Part shown: in pieces, positions 54,259-63,458 of the stretch | How positions within the stretch are numbered: position 1 is the first letter of the stretch | Layout of the letters: each line of letters opens with the position of its first letter | Source: a virus | Lineage: Duplodnaviria; Heunggongvirae; Uroviricota; Caudoviricetes | Virus record (IMG/VR): IMGVR_UViG_2974624538_000001 | Coordinates: 46,771-110,770 of that record | Length of the DNA: 64,000 bases | Strand: one strand, 5' to 3' | Made by a program: the position numbers and the translations under genes | The notes under the pieces: model-generated | Told to the model about the DNA's origin: nothing | Seen by the model: only the letters and a program-made list of their open reading frames with translations | The model's database searches: none

Positions 54259-54753
54259 ATGCATGTGATTCCAAAATTTGAGGGAGACCACTTCTTCCTC
54301 AGCAACTTTTACCAGGCTCCCATACGTTTTGTGATGGGTGACGAGATGGTTGTCATGGAGACAGGCGAACATGCCTTCCAGGCAGCCAAGGGGAACGCCA
54401 TCCTTGACAGGCAGAAGAAAATGCGATACGTTCTTTCTGTTGCTGACGCTCCGACGCCTGCCAAGGCTAAGCATCTTGGTCGTTCAGTCAAGATAGACCT
54501 TGACTGGTGGGAGCGCATCAAGGTAGATTGTATGCGCGAGATTGTCTTTCAGAAGTTCTTGCAGAACCCTGAGCTAAGAGTGCAGCTCTTGAAGACGGGT
54601 GATGCTATGCTTGTGGAAGGAAATACCTGGGGTGATAAATTCTGGGGACGCGTAGATGGCAAGGGCTATAATAAGCTCGGTGTCATTTTGATGGAAGTGC
54701 GTGGCTACTGGTATTGGCAGTCACGTCGTAATAGCCCGGAGATGGGGTCATGA
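54259..54753 (+). CDS. NADAR (DUF1768/YbiA-like) domain protein
   Basis: FLSNFY...GEHAFQAAK...LLKTGDAMLVEGN...DKFWG matches NADAR family signatures. Confidence 0.65.
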   Translation: MHVIPKFEGDHFFLSNFYQAPIRFVMGDEMVVMETGEHAFQAAKGNAILDRQKKMRYVLSVADAPTPAKAKHLGRSVKIDLDWWERIKVDCMREIVFQKFLQNPELRVQLLKTGDAMLVEGNTWGDKFWGRVDGKGYNKLGVILMEVRGYWYWQSRRNSPEMGS

Positions 54754-54888
54754 GTCAAAGATATCGTAAGGCTCAGCGCCTTATTGCGGCCCGTCGATAT
54801 TCTCGGCGGGTTCGTAATCGGTGGCGCAAATATGGATGTTCGTGCGGAGAGCACAACATGAGAGGAAACAAATAAATAATGGGCGAAA

Positions 54889-55047
54889 AAGAGCCTAAGT
54901 TCAAGGTGGGGCAAAGAGTAAGATTCAATGGAGACACTGGTACCATTAAGAAGGTCTGGACTACAGACCCAAATATGCCAAAGTACACTGTTGATTTCAT
55001 CTTTCACACCCATGTACTGAGGGAAAATCAAATCCGAAAGGCTTGAT
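54889..55047 (+). CDS. small KOW-like protein (52 aa)
   Basis: KFKVGQRVRFNGDTGTIKKV. Confidence 0.35.
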
Positions 55048-55320
55048 ATGTGTTGTTGTGAATGCTGCAAGCGGAATAAAAATACCTTTTCTGTCGGAGA
55101 TGTCATTCACGGATTCTGTGGTGGTCATTTCGGTCGGGATTCCTATTCTTGCAAAAAGGTAGAATATATTGGTCCCGACTATATTGTATTTCGAATCCTG
55201 AACGATTGGGGTGCGGGTGGGGTAACAATCTATTCAGGCACTCAAGAGGAAATCTACAACGACCTGTCAGAATACATGGAGAAGCAAGACTCTGAGTATT
55301 ATGAGACTTGCGATTGCTAA
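55048..55320 (+). CDS. Cys-rich hypothetical protein
   Basis: MCCCECCK start. Confidence 0.35.
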   Translation: MCCCECCKRNKNTFSVGDVIHGFCGGHFGRDSYSCKKVEYIGPDYIVFRILNDWGAGGVTIYSGTQEEIYNDLSEYMEKQDSEYYETCDC

Positions 55321-55427
55321 AAACTTTGAGGGTAGCTCTTGACAAGCTACCCTCAAGCTCGTTAGACTAGAAAAAGAATAAAACAAGTTATAGCAAAGAG
55401 AAGAATATATAGAATAGGTAATATATT

Positions 55428-55616
55428 ATGACTATCTCAATGGTGGTTCTCTTCGGTATTGCTTTGGTTGTCTGTCTTGCAAAGGATGGTTTGGGCAAGT
55501 TCCATGCATTCATTGCGGTTATGTTTGGACTATACCTTGGTTCTACTGGTGTCGGTCCTTCCCTGAAGGAAGGCACGGAGAACTTTTTGGGCTGGATTAG
55601 TCAGATTCAGTTCTGA
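55428..55616 (+). CDS. small membrane protein
   Basis: two TM helices. Confidence 0.4.
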   Translation: MTISMVVLFGIALVVCLAKDGLGKFHAFIAVMFGLYLGSTGVGPSLKEGTENFLGWISQIQF

Positions 55617-55684
55617 TTTTCTGGCAAATTTTCGAAGGGGTTCGTAAAGGACCCTTTCAAGCTTCCACGATAAAGGAGAGGAAA

Positions 55685-56332
55685 ATGCGAGAGTATTCGA
55701 AGACCGAGAACCTTTACAAGCGTAATCCTAAGAACAAGTCTCAGCTTCTTGTCGGAGAATACACCCGGCCGGAATTCAATCACATTGTTTCTTGGTGGGT
55801 TACCGAGAAGGTTGATGGCACTAACGTCCGTCTTTGGTTTGATAAGGACGAGAACAGTAATTACGGTGGGCGCACTGACAATGCACACTTCAGCCCTGTT
55901 CAGCAGGAATTCATGGAGAATCTGCGGGATTCCCTGAAGGACAAGGCTGTCGCTCTCATTCATGAGTTTGGAATTGATGAGCTGCTTATCTTTGGTGAGC
56001 TTTACGGCCCGAAGATTCTTTCTGGTGGTAACTATTCTGAGCGTCTGGAATTCCGGGCGTTTGACATGATGGTCAACGACAAGGTATGGTTGGCACCTGA
56101 TGCAGTGAACAAGAACGCTGAGCGTCTTGGTGTCGAGATGGTTCCTTATCTTGGCATGATGACCACTGCACAGATTTTCTTTATGGTTGCTGGTGGGTTT
56201 AAGTCCACCTTTGCTCGTAACAGGGATTTCGATGCTGAGGGTGTTATTGCTCAGCCTGCGGTAAATCTGTATGACCAGCGCGGAGAGCGTGTTAAGTTCA
56301 AGTTGAAGACAAAGGACCTGAAGCATGTGTAA
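55685..56332 (+). CDS. ATP-dependent nucleic-acid ligase-family nucleotidyltransferase (second RNA/DNA ligase-like enzyme)
   Basis: motif I WWVTEKVDGTNVRLWF (KxDGxN); 215 aa minimal nucleotidyltransferase. Confidence 0.5.
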   Translation: MREYSKTENLYKRNPKNKSQLLVGEYTRPEFNHIVSWWVTEKVDGTNVRLWFDKDENSNYGGRTDNAHFSPVQQEFMENLRDSLKDKAVALIHEFGIDELLIFGELYGPKILSGGNYSERLEFRAFDMMVNDKVWLAPDAVNKNAERLGVEMVPYLGMMTTAQIFFMVAGGFKSTFARNRDFDAEGVIAQPAVNLYDQRGERVKFKLKTKDLKHV

Positions 56333-56403
56333 TCATTGTAGGCAAACAACTGCTTACGTCAAAATTCTTGACCGTAAGTATGCCAATGGAATCGCAAAGG
56401 TGA

Positions 56404-56622
56404 GTGAAAATTACAATGGCTGAGATGCCCGAAGAGATGAAGAACCTTGGTGCCCTTATCGCAGTTTCCAAGATTATTGAGGTTTTCGGTAACCTCTGTG
56501 ATGCTGCGGAAAAGGCCACTCCTGAGGTTAAGGCTTTCGTAAAGCCTTTCCAGGATGAGGTTGAGAAGTCAGCAGAGGCCCTTGAGGCTCTGTTTGGCAA
56601 GGGTTTTATGGACCCTAAGTGA
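56404..56622 (+). CDS. hypothetical protein
   Basis: ORF. Confidence 0.4.
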   Translation: MKITMAEMPEEMKNLGALIAVSKIIEVFGNLCDAAEKATPEVKAFVKPFQDEVEKSAEALEALFGKGFMDPK

Positions 56623-56666
56623 AATTGGGCGGGTTGTTCGTTGACCCGCCAAGCTTTGGAGGAAAC

Positions 56667-56867
56667 ATGGCTATTTACAAGTATGAGATTACTGTGGTAG
56701 AGTCAGAGCGTGGTTGGGGCAGAGACTCTTGGACTGAAGAGTTTGACACTCCAGAGAAGGCTCAGGAACGCATTGATGAAATCAATGGAAGGAATAAGCC
56801 TGGTCCTGCTCCCGATTATTACATGCAAGCATATGCAGAAATCCGGGCGGTTCGTAAGGAGGCGTAA
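56667..56867 (+). CDS. hypothetical protein
   Basis: ATG after hairpin+AAGCTT+GGAGG. Confidence 0.45.
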   Translation: MAIYKYEITVVESERGWGRDSWTEEFDTPEKAQERIDEINGRNKPGPAPDYYMQAYAEIRAVRKEA

Positions 56868-57011
56868 TGGCTGGAAAACTACCAGGACATAAGTGGAAGG
56901 TAGAAGGCTCAGACAAAAACAAGTCGGCATTTATCTATAAGTGTAATAGGTGCGGATGTGTTACACTCAGTGGCGAACCGCTGCCAGCACCGTATGACAA
57001 GACATGCTAAC

Positions 57012-57041
57012 TTGACAACCAACGAGAAAGGTTGGTAGTAT
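57012..57041 (+). promoter_or_regulatory. sigma70-like promoter TTGACA-N18-TAGTAT with palindrome CAACCAAC/GTTGGTAG
   Basis: seen in the intergenic region. Confidence 0.45.
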
Positions 57042-57215
57042 CTGACCATGAGATACGACGTTAGGAAAGACCCAAATGACGACACACAGTGGGTTATCTG
57101 GGATACTGTAGAAGAGCGCGTTTTTGCCCGGTATAGTAATCCAGATGAACCTCAGGCTATCGTTGACAAGTATCATGCTGCACAACTAGCAGCAGAAGCA
57201 AAGGGAGAGTAATAC

Positions 57216-57593
57216 ATGGTTGAGTACAATACTACATGTATTGTTGGTGGTACCAATATTCTTTGTGACCTTAAGTTTGATAAGAAGGTTCCAGCAGAAG
57301 TGAGCTTTACATTCCATGTGGAAGAGGATAAGTCCCCTGAATGGATTTTTTCTCGTGAACTTCTCAAGGATGCCATGAATGCTGATGGCGTTTCTGGTCA
57401 TGGAGATGTTGCATTTTATGACCACGGAGATGCAATCAGTATGCTCTTGCGCTCTCCTGAAGGAACTGGCCTTGCGATTTTTCAGCGGGGTGTTATTAAG
57501 GAATTCGTAAACGATATCTACAGTGAAGTTCCTGATGACTCGCTAAACCTCAGTGATGATGAGCTGAGCGAATGGCTTGACGGTTTGGTTTAA
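57216..57593 (+). CDS. hypothetical acidic protein
   Basis: ORF. Confidence 0.45.
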   Translation: MVEYNTTCIVGGTNILCDLKFDKKVPAEVSFTFHVEEDKSPEWIFSRELLKDAMNADGVSGHGDVAFYDHGDAISMLLRSPEGTGLAIFQRGVIKEFVNDIYSEVPDDSLNLSDDELSEWLDGLV

Positions 57594-57798
57594 TAAGCTC
57601 TTGGGGGTACAATGGACTCAGGAGGCAAGAATGGATTTGAATTTCAGCATGAACCCAGGTCTAGAAGTTTGGCTAGGCATTCTCCCACCACAGTGGGATG
57701 AAGATGATTTCGATGATTGGGAGGAAGAGGAATTCAAGGTAACCCAGAAGCGCCGAATCATTAATATTCGTAAGTCAGATTTCCGGCGAAATTTCTGA
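57577..57798 (+). CDS. hypothetical protein
   Basis: ORF; 3' end overlaps the 50-bp repeat. Confidence 0.4.
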   Translation: MTVWFNKLLGVQWTQEARMDLNFSMNPGLEVWLGILPPQWDEDDFDDWEEEEFKVTQKRRIINIRKSDFRRNF

Positions 57799-57883
57799 GG
57801 GGTTCGTAAAGAGCCCTTGCCCCTTCGGGGGCAAGCTTCCAGAGGGTTGACACAAGGTCCCCTCTCGTCTAAGGTGGTTGATA

Positions 57884-58086
57884 TGCAGGTCGGAGGAATT
57901 TATCGTTTCCAGGGTTCTACCACCACTGTTCGTGTGGTAGGCTTTGAGCGTGCAGGGTTGTTCCGCAAGTACGTGAAGTTTGAGACTCTGCACAATGGTC
58001 AGGTTTGTGGTCCCGTTCGTGAGGTTCTGAAGAGCTACGCAATGAGCAACTGGGAACCTGTTGACGTAGACCACTCGGTAGTGTAA
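57884..58086 (+). CDS. hypothetical protein
   Basis: ATG with TAAGGTGG RBS. Confidence 0.4.
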
Positions 58087-58122
58087 GGTAGTAACCACAA
58101 CGACAAGCCAGGGAGGCTAACA

Positions 58123-58473
58123 ATGAAGGTTTCGGCTCGTGTTTCTCGCAACGGCGGTATCTCCATCAAGAAGCTGGGGCGTCAGTCCCAGAGCCACAAG
58201 GCTGGCACGGTGGTTATGCGCAAGGTTCGTTTCAACGGTTCCGTTCTCGGTGACCTCGTTGAGGAGTCCAAGAACCGTTACGTGCCGCGTGTCAAGTCCT
58301 CCGTGGCCTTCTCGTCCGATGGTGACCTGATTGTCACTCGTGGAATTCAGGACTGGGGTCAGGCTCGCTACATCAAGTCTCTCGGCGGTTACTACAACAT
58401 CAAGAACGGTGAGCGCGTTGAGTCCGCTGAGTACGTGTACATCGTCGGTTCCACGATTTACTACACCGACTGA
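58123..58473 (+). CDS. hypothetical protein (GC3-rich codon usage)
   Basis: ORF; marked shift to G/C-ending codons. Confidence 0.45.
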   Translation: MKVSARVSRNGGISIKKLGRQSQSHKAGTVVMRKVRFNGSVLGDLVEESKNRYVPRVKSSVAFSSDGDLIVTRGIQDWGQARYIKSLGGYYNIKNGERVESAEYVYIVGSTIYYTD

Positions 58474-58531
58474 TTGACAACTCGCCCGAAGGTCCTGTAA
58501 GGTATAACTACCAACAACGAAGGAGAAGAAA

Positions 58532-59110
58532 ATGACCGAGCGTGAGTACCTGATTTCCCTTAAGCTTGCCAAGCCCGGCCGTGGACGCTACTCTCGTGAG
58601 GCCCGTGCTGCTCTTGACAAGGCAAAGGCGGATGGTATGGTGTTCGACAAGACTGCCGCTGAGATTGCCAAGGAAGAGCGTCAGAACAAGCCCAAGAGGG
58701 TTCGTTCTACAGCTCCCAAGGCTGTGAAGGAGGCTCGTCCCTCCCAGGATGCATACGACGCAAAGGCTGTTCGTTCCTGGGGTGAGCAGACTGGTGCTAT
58801 TGAGAAGGGGAAGCGTGGTAAGCTCCCTACGGCTCTCATCAACGCGTACCTTGCGGCCAATAAGACTGCAAAGAAGGTGACCGTTCGTAGGTCCGTGGGC
58901 AAGGCCGAGAAGGTCCGTGACGTGGCCGTAGGCTTCACCTACGCTCGTCGTGGCCCGAAGGACCCTTCCTTTATCTCTGAGCCTCTGGTGGCTGTTCAGA
59001 GCTGCGGAAGCTGCTCCAAGGGAGTGTCTTACTGCAAGTGCTCTTCCGGTCCGGTTGCTCCGAAGTACCTTGGTGGTGAAGTTCTGCTCTTGACTCGTCC
59101 CCAGGACTGA
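58532..59110 (+). CDS. Lsr2-like nucleoid-associated DNA-binding protein
   Basis: C-terminal VRSWGEQTGAIEKGKRGKLPTALINAYLAA resembles the Lsr2 DNA-binding domain (RGR motif); basic linker. Confidence 0.55.
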   Translation: MTEREYLISLKLAKPGRGRYSREARAALDKAKADGMVFDKTAAEIAKEERQNKPKRVRSTAPKAVKEARPSQDAYDAKAVRSWGEQTGAIEKGKRGKLPTALINAYLAANKTAKKVTVRRSVGKAEKVRDVAVGFTYARRGPKDPSFISEPLVAVQSCGSCSKGVSYCKCSSGPVAPKYLGGEVLLLTRPQD

Positions 59111-59168
59111 GGTAGAGTAGTCATCAGTGGGGGAGAGAAAGGCTCTCCCCCCTAACCAAGGAGTGTAT

Positions 59169-59489
59169 ATGTTTGATGGCCCCCGACGTGCCGTTGACCC
59201 TACTGGAGTGCGTCTGAGTGACGCCAATCATCGAGAGGACCGGCTTTATCGACTCGTTTCCAAGCACCTTCTGAATGGTCTGGAAAACTACACATTCAAT
59301 GTTCAGACCTTTGCGAATTTCATCGTGAAGACTTCTCCCGATGTTATCAAGTCCCGACTCATGCAGCTTGCACTTGCCATTGCAGACGCTTGCGCCGATG
59401 AGTACAAGGGTGGTAACATGACTGACGGACCTATCAACGGGATGCGGGTCCAGGAAGCAGTTCAGGTCTACAACATCCCGAGGGGTTGA
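59169..59489 (+). CDS. hypothetical protein
   Basis: ATG with CAAGGAG RBS. Confidence 0.4.
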   Translation: MFDGPRRAVDPTGVRLSDANHREDRLYRLVSKHLLNGLENYTFNVQTFANFIVKTSPDVIKSRLMQLALAIADACADEYKGGNMTDGPINGMRVQEAVQVYNIPRG

Positions 59490-59555
59490 CAGAAGCTTCC
59501 CCATCCTGCTAGTCTTTATACATCAAGCCAAACGAACTAAGGAGACTTAGAAAAT

Positions 59556-60578
59556 ATGCCTGCTGGTATTGAGGTTTACAAGGACATGGCCGCTTTCGCC
59601 TCGCTTCGTCAGCCTGCCTGGCATGACCTGGGGACGGTTTTCGACAAGCCGGTTTCCACGGCTGAGATGCTGGAGCTTGCGCACATGGCTGGTTGGAACC
59701 TGCGATTTGAGGATGCGTCCGACTGGATGCCCGGATTCAACTTCGTGGATGAGACTTTCCACGTGGTCCGTGACAACCCCTTCATTCCCGGTCAGAAGGA
59801 TGTTCTGGGAACTGTTGGCGGTCGGTATAACATCTTCTCGAATGAGCAGATTTTCGACTTTGCTGACACCCTTACGGATGGCCGTAGGCGTTGGGAAACG
59901 GCTGGTAGCATTAAGAACGGTCAGAAGGTTTTTGCTACTCTCGTGGCAACGGATGACCTTGTTCTTGACCCGAATGGTTCTGCCGACACTATCCGTCGAT
60001 ACATCATGCTGGTTTCCTCTCACGACGGTTCCACCACCATGATTGTCAAGATGGTGAATACGCGAGTGGTTTGCCAGAACACCCTTAACATTGCTCTTGG
60101 TGAAAAGGGTGCTGAGTTCAAGATTCGACACACTCAGGGAATGGAAACCAAGATTCAGGATGCTAAGAAGGCTCTTGGTCTGGCTACCATTTACGATGAG
60201 GTTTTCGAGAATGAAATGCAGGCTCTCTTTGAGAAGGAGATGACCTTGACCGAATTCGAGAAGATTGTCATGGACGTTTTCCCTGAGCCGGAAGAGGACG
60301 TTCGTGGAAGTCAGAAGAAGTGGGATGACAAGATGGATACCATTCTGAATATCTGGCAGAATTCCACTGGCTCTGTTGAGAATCTTCCGAACAACGCTTA
60401 CAAGGGTCTTCAGGTTCTCACTGAGCACAATCAGTGGTTCCGTGGAATTCGTAAGAGTTCCAAGACTGGTGAGCCGAACACCGAAAACTTCCTTGCGGCT
60501 GGTGCAGGTTTCGACCTGAAGACCACCGAGTTCCGTACCGAGGTTTTTGAGCGAATGAAGGAATTCGCAATGGCGTAA
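59556..60578 (+). CDS. hypothetical 340-aa protein, possibly structural (GC3-rich)
   Basis: strong RBS AAGGAGA; terminator-like hairpin downstream; no motifs recognised. Confidence 0.45.
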   Translation: MPAGIEVYKDMAAFASLRQPAWHDLGTVFDKPVSTAEMLELAHMAGWNLRFEDASDWMPGFNFVDETFHVVRDNPFIPGQKDVLGTVGGRYNIFSNEQIFDFADTLTDGRRRWETAGSIKNGQKVFATLVATDDLVLDPNGSADTIRRYIMLVSSHDGSTTMIVKMVNTRVVCQNTLNIALGEKGAEFKIRHTQGMETKIQDAKKALGLATIYDEVFENEMQALFEKEMTLTEFEKIVMDVFPEPEEDVRGSQKKWDDKMDTILNIWQNSTGSVENLPNNAYKGLQVLTEHNQWFRGIRKSSKTGEPNTENFLAAGAGFDLKTTEFRTEVFERMKEFAMA

Positions 60579-60630
60579 CGCTTGGCGGCCCCTTCGGGGG
60601 CCGCAAGCTTTTTCCTAGAAAGGGAATATA

Positions 60631-60786
60631 ATGGAAGAGTTCATTGGTTGTGTGATTCTGTCGCTGGTGGCTGCTGCACTGATAACTCCAATTGCCAATT
60701 ATGGATTTGACCAGCACCTGAACTTCTTTGTTGTTTGGATTGTTGCGTTCTGTCTGTGCTTTCTTGGTCTTTGGATTGCTGATTAA
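60631..60786 (+). CDS. small membrane protein (51 aa)
   Basis: after hairpin+AAGCTT; TATAATG start context. Confidence 0.35.
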   Translation: MEEFIGCVILSLVAAALITPIANYGFDQHLNFFVVWIVAFCLCFLGLWIAD

Positions 60787-60825
60787 AATATGGGGCGCAA
60801 TGCCCCAAGCTTGCAAGGAGGTAAA

Positions 60826-61113
60826 ATGGAAAACATGGCTTTGCCTAAAGCCCTGAGAACAAAGGTTGTTGATGGTCGAGTGTATTTCGACCTTGAGCAA
60901 CTGCTAGAAATTATGTATGATGTATGCAATAAGACATCAGTTCTGGCTACTGAGCTGAGAGACCCGGCTCTAGCCACCATGACGCTAGGCGTAGCGAACA
61001 TGTGCAAGGCTCTGGATGACGTTCTAACGGTCCAGAAGGCTGCTCATGGTCTGACTGGTCGCAGAGCTACTGACAGCGGCTCACAGAGCGATTCTGGCGG
61101 GGTTGCCGAGTAG
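60826..61113 (+). CDS. hypothetical protein
   Basis: CAAGGAGG RBS after hairpin+AAGCTT. Confidence 0.45.
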   Translation: MENMALPKALRTKVVDGRVYFDLEQLLEIMYDVCNKTSVLATELRDPALATMTLGVANMCKALDDVLTVQKAAHGLTGRRATDSGSQSDSGGVAE

Positions 61114-61411
61114 GACCGAATCTGATACACTAATTACATGTTCGTTAGGTGATAGGACACCTTTTCTCTTAGGATTCCGGTACCTCTATCAGTCAGGTCA
61201 GGCGAGAGGCTAAGTAACTAGTCGGCAGTTATGCCGGAATCCCTTCACAATTAGATAGTTGTTTACAAATGTCCAATTAACAGAAGGAGAATTAAGATGC
61301 CCGAAGTTTACGATTACGATGACGAGTCGCAGGATGTTTTCGTTGAGTCGGATTCTCCTGTTGACAGCATTTATATTCCGGATGGACTGACCGATTTTTA
61401 GGAGTTGACTT

Positions 61412-61681
61412 ATGCACACTGGACTTGAGAACACTAAGCAAGAGACACTTGAAATCTTGATTACTAACCTTAAGTCCGGTGTGCTTAAGGTTATTGATAT
61501 GGGTCCGGCTGCTTTGGTTTCCGACAATCCAAAGGAGTGCCCGCCCGCAGCAGCATTTGAAACTAATATGATGATTCTTCAAGCCTTTGAGGCCGAATGT
61601 CTCAGGCGTGGAATCGACTTTGATTCCATTGGTCCAAACATTCGAGAGATTGAGGACCGCTGGCTTGAAGCCCGACAATAA
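61412..61681 (+). CDS. hypothetical protein
   Basis: ORF. Confidence 0.4.
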   Translation: MHTGLENTKQETLEILITNLKSGVLKVIDMGPAALVSDNPKECPPAAAFETNMMILQAFEAECLRRGIDFDSIGPNIREIEDRWLEARQ

Positions 61682-61697
61682 GGAATAGGTAAAGACA

Positions 61698-61907
61698 TTG
61701 GCAATTGTTCGTATCAGCACTGTACTTAAGAATGCTCCATCCGTTGGCATTCAGGCTTGCGTCTATGGCGTTGAGTGTGAAACCATTGAGTCTAAGGACC
61801 CGGCTGGAATTGTTTTTGAACTAATGGGAAGCCGTGAGAAGATTGCCAACGTTGTTGGTCGCACTGGCTCTCGCATTCTAAGTATTGCTGAGCCTGTAGG
61901 TAAGTGA
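61698..61907 (+). CDS. hypothetical protein (possible KH-like GxxG, non-ATG start)
   Basis: ORF. Confidence 0.3.
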   Translation: MAIVRISTVLKNAPSVGIQACVYGVECETIESKDPAGIVFELMGSREKIANVVGRTGSRILSIAEPVGK

Positions 61908-61940
61908 GTCTGCCCCGCCATTTTGGCGGGGCTTTCTCGT
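61908..61940 (+). terminator. rho-independent terminator
   Basis: CTGCCCCGCCattttGGCGGGGCTTTCTCGTCT. Confidence 0.55.
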
Positions 61941-62006
61941 CTCATTGGTAGGTTGACAGACCTACCAAGCTTGATGTACAGTCTTACCAGAACGAAGGGA
62001 GACAGG

Positions 62007-62681
62007 GTGTCCAAGGCAACGTATCCGATTAAGCGTCTGATGACCCGAGACAGGGGTGTTTGCTGGCTGTGCCGTAAGCTTGTTTCAAGGGAACACGCAA
62101 CGCGTGACCACGTTATCCCTTACTCTCATGGTGGACCAAACCATGAGGCGAACCTTAAGCTTGCTCATCGTGCGTGCAACGAAAAGCGAGAAAACAAGAA
62201 TTTGATTTCTAAGGCAGAAAGTCTTAAGATTCTCCTGAAGTGCCAGAGCCATCTGTGCTTTAGGTGTGTCTCTCCGTTGCACAGTGATGACGCAATGATT
62301 TCTATGGATTGCCCGCGCGGGTCTCTTCGTGAAATCAGGGTGGCTATCTGTAAGTCAGGATGCGAAAAGAAGCTGCTCATTCCTTTCCAAAAGAGGAAGA
62401 GCGAGAAGCGCATCAATAAGAGGATTGAATCTAGGAAGAATAGGATTCCAATGGAAATGATTGTTGCTGATTCCCTTTACGCTGACCAGCTTCAGGATGG
62501 GGATTATGTAAGGTTCTACGCTGAAGGCGCTCTCCGATTCGGAATTGTCCGGGATGTTACGGACAACGACGAATTCTTCACCATCACCCTTGAGGATGAT
62601 GTTGAGGGGGATATTCAGGAATACAGTGCTGGTCCTGAAACGGTATATTCCCTTCTTGTTCATGAGGCTGTTTCGGTCTAA
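62007..62681 (+). CDS. HNH endonuclease
   Basis: CWLC...HATRDHVIPYSHGGPNHEANLKLAHRACN HNH motif; probable GTG start after GAAGGGAGA. Confidence 0.6.
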   Translation: MSKATYPIKRLMTRDRGVCWLCRKLVSREHATRDHVIPYSHGGPNHEANLKLAHRACNEKRENKNLISKAESLKILLKCQSHLCFRCVSPLHSDDAMISMDCPRGSLREIRVAICKSGCEKKLLIPFQKRKSEKRINKRIESRKNRIPMEMIVADSLYADQLQDGDYVRFYAEGALRFGIVRDVTDNDEFFTITLEDDVEGDIQEYSAGPETVYSLLVHEAVSV

Positions 62682-62768
62682 TGAAATGGGTGGGTTGACA
62701 AAACCCACCCAAGCTTGTTAGTCTTCTTTTAGGTAACCCGATTGAAGGGAGAAAACTAGGAGAAGACT

Positions 62769-63155
62769 ATGGAAAAGAAGTGGTATATTGGCATCATCGC
62801 GTTTGCGATTGCCATTGCAACTCTGGTTATTGTGGTGGTTTCCAACATGGACACTACACAGAGTAAGTTCGAGAAGTATGAAAGTTACGCTAAGCAAGTA
62901 AACATCGTTGATTGGTCAATTAGCGAGGATACTGCTAAGAGTTTTGCTGAGGCCAATTGTGACAAGCTCGCAACAGGAGAAATGCCAGCAATCAAGTTTC
63001 AAAGCACTGACCACGTAAAGTCAAGTGCCGCTGTATTGGCAGCATATTGTCCCGCCTCATTTGATAATTTTTTGGCGGGTATTATCATGAAGTACCCAGA
63101 ATACAAGAGTACAGCAATGTACCTAAATGAAAGGCTCAAGGTTGGTTCTGATTGA
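62769..63155 (+). CDS. membrane-anchored protein
   Basis: N-terminal TM helix. Confidence 0.45.
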   Translation: MEKKWYIGIIAFAIAIATLVIVVVSNMDTTQSKFEKYESYAKQVNIVDWSISEDTAKSFAEANCDKLATGEMPAIKFQSTDHVKSSAAVLAAYCPASFDNFLAGIIMKYPEYKSTAMYLNERLKVGSD

Positions 63156-63392
63156 GTGGCTGGTAAAGTGCCTGGTCATGGCCGTTGCGTGTTGTACTGG
63201 TGCCATGCTAGGGTTGTATCTAGGTTTCCAAATGGCAGTCAATGGATGGTTTGGGTAATGGCTAAGAAGCAACATCAGGATTCGTTAGAGGAATTTGTTT
63301 ATGGCTGCGTCGGGTTCATCATGATTGTTGGGATGGTCTGTGGCGCTGTGATTGTAGGTCTGACGTGGCTAGCCTTTGAGTTGTTCGGCTAG
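63156..63392 (+). CDS. small membrane protein
   Basis: TM helices. Confidence 0.4.
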   Translation: MAGKVPGHGRCVLYWCHARVVSRFPNGSQWMVWVMAKKQHQDSLEEFVYGCVGFIMIVGMVCGAVIVGLTWLAFELFG

Positions 63393-63458
63393 CCAGAGGG
63401 GGGTTGACACCAACCCCCCAAGCTTGGTAAGGTTTTCCTACAACGAAGGGAGACGGAC

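Noticed and set aside
59547-60428. 293-aa minus-strand ORF
   Set aside because: It is antisense to a GC3-rich + strand ORF with a strong RBS. Antisense open frames are common in high-GC3 genes.
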